Made by a program: the position numbers and the translations under genes. The notes below the pieces were generated by a model. The model did not search any database. It was not told the origin of the DNA and saw nothing but the letters and a program-made list of their open reading frames with translations. 60,852 nucleotides of DNA, from the IMG/VR virus record IMGVR_UViG_3300009155_000069, positions 1 through 60,852 of that record. One strand, 5' to 3'. Shown piece after piece: positions 47,112 to 56,021 of this stretch (the stretch's first letter is position 1; each line of letters begins with the position of its first letter). The DNA comes from a virus. Lineage: Duplodnaviria > Caudoviricetes.

Positions 47112-49493
47112 TTACTCTCCTTTATTGCGCATAGATGCTTCGATCTGCGCGGTGCGCAAGTGCGCGTCCACACCAATCTTGTCTTTGCTGATCTGAATCT
47201 TCTCTTGCTCCAGACGCAGTTTCTCGCGTGCAATGTCGGCGTCTTGCGCGTCTTTTGCGGCCTTGCGTTGCACGTCTTGACCCCTGAGTTGCATCTCGGC
47301 TTGCTGGAGTTGAACCAGTGGGTCTTGTGCGGCTTGCTGGGCTTGCTGCTGGGCGGCTTGACCTTGGTGCACTGCCAACAACTGCTGGCTGGCTTGCGCC
47401 ACCATGCGTGACAACTGCACTTCCATCTCAGGCGGCATCTCGGCATCAGGCGCGGGCATAGACACGCCAAGGCGCTCCTCAATCTGGCGGCGGTAGGCAA
47501 AGCCTAAGTGCTCGGCGATGTGCGCTTGCAGCGCGGCAAACAGCATCTGCGCTTGTGGGTTCTGGCCCATCTGCTGCGCAATCATCGGGTCTTTCATGAA
47601 CGATGTATGTGTGGCAATGTGTGCATCATGATCTTGGTAGATGAACGCCTTGACGGGCTTGCCTTTGAGCACGCTCATGTTCTCGGTGACTGGATCAACG
47701 GGCTTCATGTCATCTTCAACAGGTACGAGCTTGTCGGCGTTCTTCACACCCAACACCTCGATCATCTGGCGGTGCAACACAGGTAGGTCATAAATCTGCG
47801 GCGCTTGGCTTGCTAACTGCAACACAGCTTGGTACTGCATGATGCGCTGGGCCATCGTGCTGGAGTTGGGATCAGATACGGGGATCACATCCACCATGTC
47901 GTAGTCGGACTGCTTGATCTGACGATCCTTCGTGTAGTCAGGCTCGTAGCTGTACTCCTCTGGGGTGTAGTCGCGGATGATCTCTTTCAACAGCTTGAAC
48001 TCTTGGCGCATGGAGTAGTGCACACGAGCTTGCACAGCGCCCATCGTTTTGAGTTGTCGCTCAAGCAACGCAAGAGTGGTACCCACTGGTGCGTTTGCGC
48101 TCATGTCGCTCACCTGCATGTCGGCAATAGAGCCAAGGCGACGAGCCTCGTTTGTGATCTTCTCCAACAGCCCCGCCAGAACCTGTGATGGCTCCTTGTA
48201 TGGCAGGGACATGATGTTGTCCTTGATTGCACCGCTCGGTACATCTACGTCACGGAACTCGCCCGGAGCAATAGGTGTGTCGTCACCCTTGATACGTGCG
48301 CCGCGAGTCTTCAGGCCACCGGGAAGATTAGACAAAGTGCCAGCATCAACAAGCTGGCGAATGATTGAAGTACCTGCGCGTGCATAACCACCAATGATGT
48401 GCACGAGGCCCATACCGTAGACACCAAAGCCCGGAATGTAGTTGTACTGCGCGAAGTGTTGACGCTTGAGGTGGAGTTCATCTTCTTCCTTCCAGTTACG
48501 GCGGATTGCCAAAACTTCTTTTGTGCCACGCTCATACGTAATCACGTATGGCAGTGCGATGCCATCTGGGTCTTCATACCCCGGCAGGTCGTAGTCAATG
48601 TGCACTTCAGCGAACTGATAGCGGTCATCGTCTTGTGTGATTGAGAAGCCTTGCTCCTTGGCTTTCTTCTCCTCGATGTCGGTGCTGATGTTGACAGGAT
48701 CACCCAACTCAACGTCACGGTAGAACCCAGCTACCTGCAACTTGCGCACTTCATTCTTGGTCTTGCGCATCAGGTGAGTGACACGCTCGGATGTCTCAAT
48801 GTTGGACGCGCCGTAAGGGATGATCACATCCTCTGCCGCCACGAACATAGACACTTGGCGACCCAGACCCGGATCGTAGTAGACCTTCTTGAACGCCGCA
48901 CCTGCCAACCCTAAGTTGAACAGCATGCGCTCGTGCTCGGAGCGATACTCAACCATCTTCTCAGTCATCTGGTAGTTCATGTCCACACGGACACGTTCAG
49001 CGGCTTCTTCTTTGAGCTTGTCAATCGCGCCCACAATCTCTGTCTTCACAGGGCCAGCGGCGGGGAAAGTCTCCATGATTGACTCTGACTGGAAACGAAT
49101 TGCGGCTTCAGCAAGCAGCGTAGAGAAGACCCCACACGAACCGCTCCACGGCTCTGTGCGCTCCTCGTAACGTAGCCCCAATACTTCCAAGCCTTTGACG
49201 AATGTGTCTGCCCAGTCCTTGCGACTGTTGATGTCAGACGTGATCATGTCATCAAGGTCTTCTGCAATAGAGGCAAGGGCGCTGTTGTCCATCTCCTCTG
49301 CAAGGTTGGCATCAAACTCGCCCTCGGCGGTTCCCTCCTCCAACGTGATCTCTACACTGCCATCAGACAGAGTAACTTGTTCAGGGTCAACGATCTCGAT
49401 CTCTAGGGGGCCGTCGCCACCCATAGCTATCACTTCGTCTTCTATACCCATCGGGGCTGAGTACAACCCCTTATCCATTGAACTTGTAGCCAT
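47112..49493 (-). CDS. Portal protein
   Basis: 793 aa after TerL; G.AFKKVYYD, PGFG.YG.GL, RQLVDAGTLSNLP; Q-rich C-terminal barrel. Confidence 0.9.
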   Translation of the reverse strand: MATSSMDKGLYSAPMGIEDEVIAMGGDGPLEIEIVDPEQVTLSDGSVEITLEEGTAEGEFDANLAEEMDNSALASIAEDLDDMITSDINSRKDWADTFVKGLEVLGLRYEERTEPWSGSCGVFSTLLAEAAIRFQSESIMETFPAAGPVKTEIVGAIDKLKEEAAERVRVDMNYQMTEKMVEYRSEHERMLFNLGLAGAAFKKVYYDPGLGRQVSMFVAAEDVIIPYGASNIETSERVTHLMRKTKNEVRKLQVAGFYRDVELGDPVNISTDIEEKKAKEQGFSITQDDDRYQFAEVHIDYDLPGYEDPDGIALPYVITYERGTKEVLAIRRNWKEEDELHLKRQHFAQYNYIPGFGVYGMGLVHIIGGYARAGTSIIRQLVDAGTLSNLPGGLKTRGARIKGDDTPIAPGEFRDVDVPSGAIKDNIMSLPYKEPSQVLAGLLEKITNEARRLGSIADMQVSDMSANAPVGTTLALLERQLKTMGAVQARVHYSMRQEFKLLKEIIRDYTPEEYSYEPDYTKDRQIKQSDYDMVDVIPVSDPNSSTMAQRIMQYQAVLQLASQAPQIYDLPVLHRQMIEVLGVKNADKLVPVEDDMKPVDPVTENMSVLKGKPVKAFIYQDHDAHIATHTSFMKDPMIAQQMGQNPQAQMLFAALQAHIAEHLGFAYRRQIEERLGVSMPAPDAEMPPEMEVQLSRMVAQASQQLLAVHQGQAAQQQAQQAAQDPLVQLQQAEMQLRGQDVQRKAAKDAQDADIAREKLRLEQEKIQISKDKIGVDAHLRTAQIEASMRNKGE

Positions 49494-49495
49494 AC

Positions 49496-49873
49496 TCAGG
49501 TTCCTTTAGGTTTAGCGACCTTTTTAGCCGCTGGTTTCTTGACTGGCACCACTTTCTTTCGCAGTGCTTTGTATTTTTTGTCGAGTTTGATGTAGTCCTC
49601 GTTGAGCTTTCGATACTCAAACATTGTCCTATCGACTGCCGAATTGTGCTCTTGTGCTTTAATAAGTAAAGCATTGCAGTATTTCTTGAGGTCGTCGTGG
49701 ATACGGAGCATCTCGTTGGCGTAACGCAGCATCAATTCTTTGTGGTAGTCCGGTACATCCTTGCCGTCAATGCTTCGGCTGTCAATCCAGTTGTTCCGCT
49801 TGTACCACTCTTGCCACGTGATCGTGCGCTCAATCTCTTGCTTGTATGCGTCCAGTTTTTCCATCATGTACAT
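49496..49873 (-). CDS. Hypothetical coiled-coil protein inserted between TerL and portal
   Basis: AAGGAG RBS; Lys-rich tail. Confidence 0.65.
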   Translation of the reverse strand: MYMMEKLDAYKQEIERTITWQEWYKRNNWIDSRSIDGKDVPDYHKELMLRYANEMLRIHDDLKKYCNALLIKAQEHNSAVDRTMFEYRKLNEDYIKLDKKYKALRKKVVPVKKPAAKKVAKPKGT

Positions 49874-49886
49874 CTCATCTCTCCTT

Positions 49887-51455
49887 TTAATAGTACCTAC
49901 TACCGCCAGCGTACCGCTTCGATTTGAAGTAGCTAATTTCCTCTGGCTCATCGTCGGGCAACCGAATAAACCCACCTGCTCTGAAGCGCATGAGCGCCAT
50001 CACAGTTGAGTCAACCAAGTCATCGTTTGCAGCGAATGGGAACGCAGCGATCTCCTCGACCACCTCCTCCCCCCAACGTGTTTCTGGCACCCACACCAAC
50101 CCTGACTGGATGATGTCGGCTACCGAGTTTAGACGCGCTGTCTTGTCGCCTGTACCTCGGTGCGGGGTGAACTCCATCACAGGTATACCTGTGCGGCGAA
50201 TCTCTTGATACAACTGCGTGCCCGAGGACTTCTTCTCCACGATGAACGCATCTGGCTCCCACTCTTTCCACTCGGCATAACACAGCTTCTTGAGTTCAGG
50301 AAACTCCATGCGGCGCTTGATTGAGTTAAGCAGGATGATGTTGTAGCGGTCTTCTTTCTCGTTGAGGAACACGCCCCACGTAGTCAGAGCCGTAAAGTCA
50401 GCGCGGTTGTGCGCTTCTGCCGCTGAGTCCAGCGACATGATGATGTACTCGCACTCAGGTGGGTCTTCTTCTCTCCAGATGTTCCACCACTCGCGCTTGA
50501 CGATAGCCGCTTCCTCGGCAGTGGGGTTCTGCTGGTACTGCGCGTTCCACTGGAACAGCGGCATCGACGCCTTTGTTCGCAGGAGTGCCTTCATGTCAAA
50601 GAACTCAGGCCACAGCGGTTTCTGAATGATGGAGCCATCAGACTGGTCAATGTCTAGGATGGCTGGAAACTCCACCACCTCGTACTGATCAGCGCCTTCG
50701 TTCTGTCCCATGTCTTTGACAACACGACCTGTCAAGTCGTTCAGGTGCCAACGTGTTTGGATGATAGCCACACGACCACCCGGCATCAGACGTGTACGGG
50801 CACCGTATGCAAACCACTCGTACGCCTTGTCGAAGACATCAAAGTTTCCGTTCAACACGTCCTGTTCGGAGTGCGGATCATCAATGAGGAGCAGGTCAGC
50901 ACCACGACCCGCGATTGAGCTACCAATACCGCAAGCAAAATACTCACCACCCACGTTTGTATTCCAGCGTCCTGCTGACTTGGAGTCAGCCGCAAGGTTC
51001 ACGGTTGGGAAGATCATGCGGTACAAGTCGGTGTCAATGATGTTTCGCACCTTGCGTCCAAAGTCCACCGCAAGGTCTGTGGTGTGAGACACCATCATGA
51101 CCTTCTTGTCTGGGTGCCTACCAATGAACCACGCTGGGAAGTAGATTGACACCAACTGCGATTTGCCGTGACGCGGCGGGATGTTCACGCACAAGCGGTC
51201 TTTCTGACCCTCGGCAATCTGCATCAACAGGTCAGCCAAGATGCGGTGGTGTTTACCTACCTTGTAGTCGGGCTGCATGTGCTTGCAAAACTCAATCAAG
51301 TCGTCATAACACGCTGCTGCGTGTCGTCTTTCGGCTAGAGCTTGCGCCGCAGCCAAGATTTCTGCACGTTCTTCAAGCTCAAACTGCTCAATATTCTCGA
51401 CCATGAAGTCGATTTCTTCGTCGGAAAGATCATCTTTGACGACGTTTTGAGTCAA
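49887..51455 (-). CDS. terL: Terminase large subunit
   Basis: PPRHGKS (Walker A), LLIDDP (Walker B), QTRWH, SLDSA and NDDLVDS (RuvC-like). Confidence 0.95.
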   Translation of the reverse strand: MTQNVVKDDLSDEEIDFMVENIEQFELEERAEILAAAQALAERRHAAACYDDLIEFCKHMQPDYKVGKHHRILADLLMQIAEGQKDRLCVNIPPRHGKSQLVSIYFPAWFIGRHPDKKVMMVSHTTDLAVDFGRKVRNIIDTDLYRMIFPTVNLAADSKSAGRWNTNVGGEYFACGIGSSIAGRGADLLLIDDPHSEQDVLNGNFDVFDKAYEWFAYGARTRLMPGGRVAIIQTRWHLNDLTGRVVKDMGQNEGADQYEVVEFPAILDIDQSDGSIIQKPLWPEFFDMKALLRTKASMPLFQWNAQYQQNPTAEEAAIVKREWWNIWREEDPPECEYIIMSLDSAAEAHNRADFTALTTWGVFLNEKEDRYNIILLNSIKRRMEFPELKKLCYAEWKEWEPDAFIVEKKSSGTQLYQEIRRTGIPVMEFTPHRGTGDKTARLNSVADIIQSGLVWVPETRWGEEVVEEIAAFPFAANDDLVDSTVMALMRFRAGGFIRLPDDEPEEISYFKSKRYAGGSRYY

Positions 51456-52111
51456 TTTACACCCCCGTATTCGGCTGTTTTTTGCTCAAAATCTGCATTT
51501 TCTGGGCTTACAGGGGCTGGGATGCCCAGTTCTTCGTCCAAATTGATCACTTTGGCCTCAACTGGTGTGACATCTACCACGTCCATCTTGGCACGTAATT
51601 TGTTGAGCTTGTCCCGCAGGGTTTGCTTGAGTTCATCTGTGGACTGGTGGGTGATCAGCACCTCGGTGCGCTCTGAAAAGAGGCCCACATCGCTGATTTT
51701 TCCAAGCAATTCAAGAGCACGGATGCGCACCTTTGGATCAGGGTTGTCTGACTCCAAGATCAACTTGTTTGTCACCAAGTGCCTAATATGAGTGGCCTTT
51801 TCGACCACTGCATGTCCAAACTCGTCCAGCACCCCCCTGACAAGGAGTAAGGATGCGGGGGTCATGGTGGAAATCTTGTTGGTAGTCAGCGACTGACTGG
51901 CTTGGTTCTCGTCTCTGGCGAACGCCTCGACCACGGCAGTGGCGACATCCTTGTCGTCAGGCTTCGGAATCAGCAGGTCGGGGTTGAGTCCTGCACCGAG
52001 GAGCAGGTCGATGGTCGCGCACGCAGCTTCGGCCCTTTCACGCAGGAGCGGATAGGGCATACCTTCCGGTGGCAGAGCCACCCCGATGTCAGGAGTGCAG
52101 ACCAATGTCAT
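51452..52111 (-). CDS. terS: Terminase small subunit (probable)
   Basis: RIRALELLGK..GLF motif; overlaps the terL start. Confidence 0.75.
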   Translation of the reverse strand: MTLVCTPDIGVALPPEGMPYPLLRERAEAACATIDLLLGAGLNPDLLIPKPDDKDVATAVVEAFARDENQASQSLTTNKISTMTPASLLLVRGVLDEFGHAVVEKATHIRHLVTNKLILESDNPDPKVRIRALELLGKISDVGLFSERTEVLITHQSTDELKQTLRDKLNKLRAKMDVVDVTPVEAKVINLDEELGIPAPVSPENADFEQKTAEYGGVN

Positions 52112-52155
52112 ATCAAATTGTGCGCTTATGTGGCGGGATGCCGCATAGAAGTTTT

Positions 52156-52187
52156 CACGTTACCACAAAATGCAAGCCCTTGGCAAG
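52156..52187 (-). promoter_or_regulatory. Possible late promoter
   Basis: Minus strand TTGCCA-18-TAACGT with extended TG, upstream of terS. Confidence 0.35.
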
Positions 52188-52578
52188 CGTGCTCAATTTT
52201 TTATATAAAAAATTTTTTGATGGGGGGTACTATTTTTACAAGGGGGGTGTTTACTCAGTTGGACGGGGTGGGTAGCTGGCATAGAAAAAACATGTTTGTT
52301 GTGTGATTGATATAGGTACGTCTCGGCGGGTAACAGAACAATCTGGAGTACCCATACAGAACAGTAGAACATTACCTAACAAGAACTATTGAACAGTGTT
52401 ATGGTTTTAGAAAAAATGGGCTATGAGTGTGGAAAATAGCAACCTATACGCGGCTATGGTACCTAAACTGATTTGGGGTGGGTGGGGTATGGTGGGTCAT
52501 CGTGGCCTGAAAACGCGTTTTTGGTTTTGAGTTATCATGCATGATAACTTGGAATTGTTTAATAGTTTTAAATATCCC

Positions 52579-52607
52579 TTGACATTACCTGATAACATGT
52601 CCACAAT
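52579..52607 (+). promoter_or_regulatory. Sigma70-type promoter
   Basis: TTGACA-17-CACAAT; a palindrome lies 30 bp upstream. Confidence 0.6.
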
Positions 52608-52668
52608 AGAGGCATCGGTTCAAACAACGTATTGATTGTTTGCCGATATGTTCTTGAAAGGAACAATC

Positions 52669-53187
52669 ATGTCTAATGCAACCAAAGTTGTTTTGTCGTC
52701 TTCTACTGTAACTGCCTTGTCTTCTGCCCTGAAGTCTCAGGACAAAAACGAGGCAATATGGCTGAAAGCCTCTGACAGTCTCAGGGCTGATCGGATCACT
52801 TCAGCCATGCTTGAAACTGAAAAGAAGGGCGGTTCTGAAGACTTGCGTCAGCAAGTCAAGGCCGTGATCCTGAGCACTTTCAGCGAAGCTGAAAAGGCTT
52901 TGCTGGCGCAGGACACAAAAGCCCTTGATGACATCAAGAAGTTTCAGAAGAAGACTGCACAGCAGAAAATCGGTGCACGTCTCTCACTGATCCAGTCTTT
53001 CATTCGCAAGGCTGAAAAGGCAGAAGAAGACGGCGAGGCGCAAGCCACGAAAACCGAAGTGCAACGCATCCATGAGGCACTGGACAAGGCAGTGACCAAA
53101 CTGCAAGGGCTTGCAACCCCTGCCTTTGACGTGACTGAGGCAGTCAAGCGAATCAAGGCAGTCAAGGGTATGATGCCCGCGCTCTAA
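52669..53187 (+). CDS. Helical hypothetical protein, monocistronic early gene
   Basis: AAAGGA RBS; own promoter and double terminator. Confidence 0.8.
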   Translation: MSNATKVVLSSSTVTALSSALKSQDKNEAIWLKASDSLRADRITSAMLETEKKGGSEDLRQQVKAVILSTFSEAEKALLAQDTKALDDIKKFQKKTAQQKIGARLSLIQSFIRKAEKAEEDGEAQATKTEVQRIHEALDKAVTKLQGLATPAFDVTEAVKRIKAVKGMMPAL

Positions 53188-53198
53188 TCGGAGCACTT

Positions 53199-53270
53199 AA
53201 AAACCCCGCGAAAGCGGGGTTTTTTTTCGCCTGTACTTTTTTGCCCTGACCGAAAGGTCGGGGCTTTTTT
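53199..53270 (+). terminator. Two tandem terminators
   Basis: AACCCCGC-GAAA-GCGGGGTT-T tract and GCCCTGACC-GAAA-GGTCGGGGC-T tract. Confidence 0.9.
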
Positions 53271-53497
53271 GTGTCTATTTGTTTTTGGGTTATCACGCGT
53301 GATAACTCATTGATGCCAGTTCTCAGAGCAGCGTTGCGCCCTTCATGAGCCAGCCGTGAGCCTGATGAGCCTGTGTACGTGCAAACGTGTTTGCTGTGTG
53401 TCTGCTACACAGGGTTTGCTGCTGGTGCCAACGTAGGTTATCACGCATGATAACTCCATGAAACCAGTTCCAAGAGCAGCGTTGCGCCCCTTCAGGT

Positions 53498-53970
53498 TGT
53501 TCAAGTGTTCAACTGTTCGTTTGTTCTAGTGTGCGTCTGTTCTAAGTGTTCTAATGTTCGCGTACAGCGATGTTCTAACGTAGCACAGCTAACATGTTTT
53601 TTCTGTGTGTAATGTTCTAAAAAAAGGCCTAATGTTCTAAACTGTTAAGAACATTTAGAACACTATATTCGTTGGCACGATTAGGCACGATTAGGCACCG
53701 TTACTACCATTTTGATATATAGATTTAGATACTTTATGATAGTAAAAGTAATGATTTGATTGTGTTCTAATGTTCTGTGATTCTGAGATGTTTTCGGCAA
53801 AATAACAAGGTGAGGGAGGCTCCTGACCGATTCGCCACGTTATCACGCATGATAACTCCACCTCCAACCGTTTCGCCAAAGCCCCAAAACCACAGAACAT
53901 TACGAACATTCGGAACTTACCTTTAGAATCAATGACTTACGCCATTTCCGCCGACAGAACATTCAAGAAC
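53498..53970. other. Putative replication origin (iteron-like arrays around an AT-rich core)
   Basis: TGTTC about every 8 bp, inverted GAACA sets, three TTAGGCACGA-like tandem units, AT-rich 53705-53760. Confidence 0.5.
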
Positions 53971-53999
53971 TTTTAGTACATTATATTAGATGCTAAAAC

Positions 54000-54028
54000 T
54001 TGACATAGGATGCTACCTGAGTTATACT
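54000..54028 (+). promoter_or_regulatory. Sigma70-type promoter
   Basis: TTGACA-17-TATACT. Confidence 0.85.
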
Positions 54029-54163
54029 ATGTATTCAGTAGGTAGTTCGTTAAGTTCATTAGTTCGGTGTTCGCACTGTTCAAGTGTTCGACCCATCTAC
54101 TGTTCGCCGAGTTATCACACGTGATAACTTGTTTTTGAGAGTTTAGCCAAGAGGAGTATTTCA

Positions 54164-54394
54164 ATGAGAAATCGTAGTGAGCACCACACCTTTGGACTCA
54201 TCTGCACGGGCTGTTATGGCGTGAGGGTTGAACCCCCGCGCCTTCGGCTCGGTTACACCACGTGCATGACCTGCGGCGAGAAAGCCGCACGTGCCGTGAA
54301 GCACACCATCGTGCCGATGAACAAGTCCAACTACATCGCGTGTTTCGACACCGATACCCTGAAACAACTGAACCCAAAGAGGACTGAGGTATGA
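54164..54394 (+). CDS. DksA/TraR-like C4 zinc-finger mini-protein
   Basis: CTGC..V...RL.LG...CMTC; GAGGAG RBS. Confidence 0.65.
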   Translation: MRNRSEHHTFGLICTGCYGVRVEPPRLRLGYTTCMTCGEKAARAVKHTIVPMNKSNYIACFDTDTLKQLNPKRTEV

Positions 54395-54726
54395 AAAGAA
54401 TATCGAACAAAGACGCACGGGGCTACGTCCAGCGGCGCGTGGAGTTCCAAGGGAACAACACGTTTGCACGTGAGGTGTGCACCGATCACAGTGTGGTCTA
54501 CGCAGTGTTCAGCTATGGGGAGCATTTCCCGATGTTCGTTGCTGAGACTGACGACAACAACGTGACGCACTGGTACGCCAACACCGAGAAGTGGAGCCGC
54601 ACTACGTCCAAACATCAAAGCCAACTGCATCCACTGGTGGGGCGCATGGTGCCGATGGACACTGACCGACTGAAACACATCGCCCGTGGTGGGCTGATGG
54701 AACTTGTACAAAGGGGACTGACATGA
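54391..54726 (+). CDS. Conserved phage early protein
   Basis: VFSYG.HFP..W..N..KWS.TTSKHQ. Confidence 0.75.
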   Translation: MKRISNKDARGYVQRRVEFQGNNTFAREVCTDHSVVYAVFSYGEHFPMFVAETDDNNVTHWYANTEKWSRTTSKHQSQLHPLVGRMVPMDTDRLKHIARGGLMELVQRGLT

Positions 54727-54905
54727 AACGACTTTTTGTATGGCTTGCCCAAGCCCTTGCGGGCCTCGTGCTCATCGCGTTCTTTTGCCTGATGCTCGTT
54801 GAGTGGGCGGCAGGGTGCGGTGAGTCCTACGTGGATTCAAAGGGCATCACACACGTGAACGAGTGTGTGTTTATCAACAAATTACAAGGTGTCTCTAAAC
54901 CTTGA
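54723..54905 (+). CDS. Small membrane protein
   Basis: N-terminal TM helix; EW..GCGE..C. Confidence 0.65.
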   Translation: MKRLFVWLAQALAGLVLIAFFCLMLVEWAAGCGESYVDSKGITHVNECVFINKLQGVSKP

Positions 54906-54930
54906 CTTCAATGTCATCTAGTGTTATACT
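54902..54930 (+). promoter_or_regulatory. Sigma70-type promoter
   Basis: TTGACT-17-TATACT with extended TG; shares GTTATACTATGTATTC with the 54000 promoter. Confidence 0.85.
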
Positions 54931-55040
54931 ATGTATTCGGGTGGTTAATGATTCTAAACAGTCCTTCCACCTGAAACGAGTTATCACACGTGATAACAAC
55001 TTTGTCAGTAAGTAACTTAAACCTATCTGGAGAAAACGAG

Positions 55041-55946
55041 ATGAACGATCTATTCACCCACATGGAAGCCGCACCTGCGGTGACCGCCCCGAGCATTGCA
55101 AGCTCTGCCATGTTTGCCGAGTTATCCATCGGCAACTGGACTGCACGAAAACTTGACCGCAAGGCGACCAAGGAAACCACGTCTGCCAACGGCGCGAGTG
55201 ACGATGCAGGGAGTTTCCATAAAAAACTCCTCTCCTGTGCTGAACTGGACGCAATACAGAAGCACATTGCCAACACACGCCAAAACGTGCACTACCGCCT
55301 GACGATGCCGTGGTCTGACCTTGGGGTGCGGCTCTTGCCGACTGCCATGTTTGCCGACTACTACCGCGAGATCACAGAAGCCGAGACTGAGTTTCACCGA
55401 CTGGTCAACGACTTCTTGCAAGCGTACACGTGGGCACAGGCACAGGCTCAAGCACAGCTTGGCAACTTGTTCTCAAGTGATGACTACCCGAGCGTGGAGA
55501 TTGTCGCGGCTAAGTTTCGGTTCCGTCATTCGCAGACACCGATCCCTGATGCAGGTGACTTCCGTCTTGACATCGGTGCGCAAGCACAGGACTCACTGCG
55601 TGAACAGTACGCCAAGTTCTACACCGACCAACTCAACAGCGCGATGGGTGACGTGTGGCAACGCACGTATGACTCACTGTCCAAGATGTCTGAGCGTCTC
55701 GACTACCAAGGCGGCGACTCCAAGGACAAGAAGATATTCCGCGACACCCTCGTGGACAACGTGCGCGAGATGCTTGGACTGCTGACCAAGTTCAACGTGA
55801 CGAACGATCAACGCATGGAGAACATGCGTGTACGACTTGAGGACGCGATGCTCGGTGTGTCTGCTGACGCACTGCGTGACGATGACTCATTCCGCAAGGA
55901 CACAAAGACCAAGGTCGATGCGATCCTGAAATCAATGAACTGGTGA
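55041..55946 (+). CDS. DUF3150-like helical protein
   Basis: W.ARKLD..T.PW...G.RLLP..LG.LF...DYP motifs; precedes the AAA/VWA pair. Confidence 0.65.
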   Translation: MNDLFTHMEAAPAVTAPSIASSAMFAELSIGNWTARKLDRKATKETTSANGASDDAGSFHKKLLSCAELDAIQKHIANTRQNVHYRLTMPWSDLGVRLLPTAMFADYYREITEAETEFHRLVNDFLQAYTWAQAQAQAQLGNLFSSDDYPSVEIVAAKFRFRHSQTPIPDAGDFRLDIGAQAQDSLREQYAKFYTDQLNSAMGDVWQRTYDSLSKMSERLDYQGGDSKDKKIFRDTLVDNVREMLGLLTKFNVTNDQRMENMRVRLEDAMLGVSADALRDDDSFRKDTKTKVDAILKSMNW

Positions 55947-56021
55947 TCCCGGGTTATCACACGTGATAACTCACCAAAACAACTTTACACATTCTCATAT
56001 TCAACATCAAAGGAACTAATC

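Noticed and set aside
52531-52548. parS site
   Set aside because: Differs from the TGTTTCACGTGAAACA consensus in length and sequence, and no ParA/ParB was recognised.
53362-53420. Hammerhead ribozyme (CTGATGAG followed by a stem)
   Set aside because: The stem is followed by GTTTG rather than the required GAAA, and no stem I/III with a cleavage triplet was found.
53288-53856. CRISPR mini-array
   Set aside because: Only two long imperfect repeats, irregular spacing (148 and about 400 bp) and no cas operon. The Cas4-like gene is a typical phage exonuclease.
53498-54105. Alphaproteobacterial LexA boxes (GTTC-N7-GTTC)
   Set aside because: Spacing is mostly N3-N5 (period 7-9), not N7.
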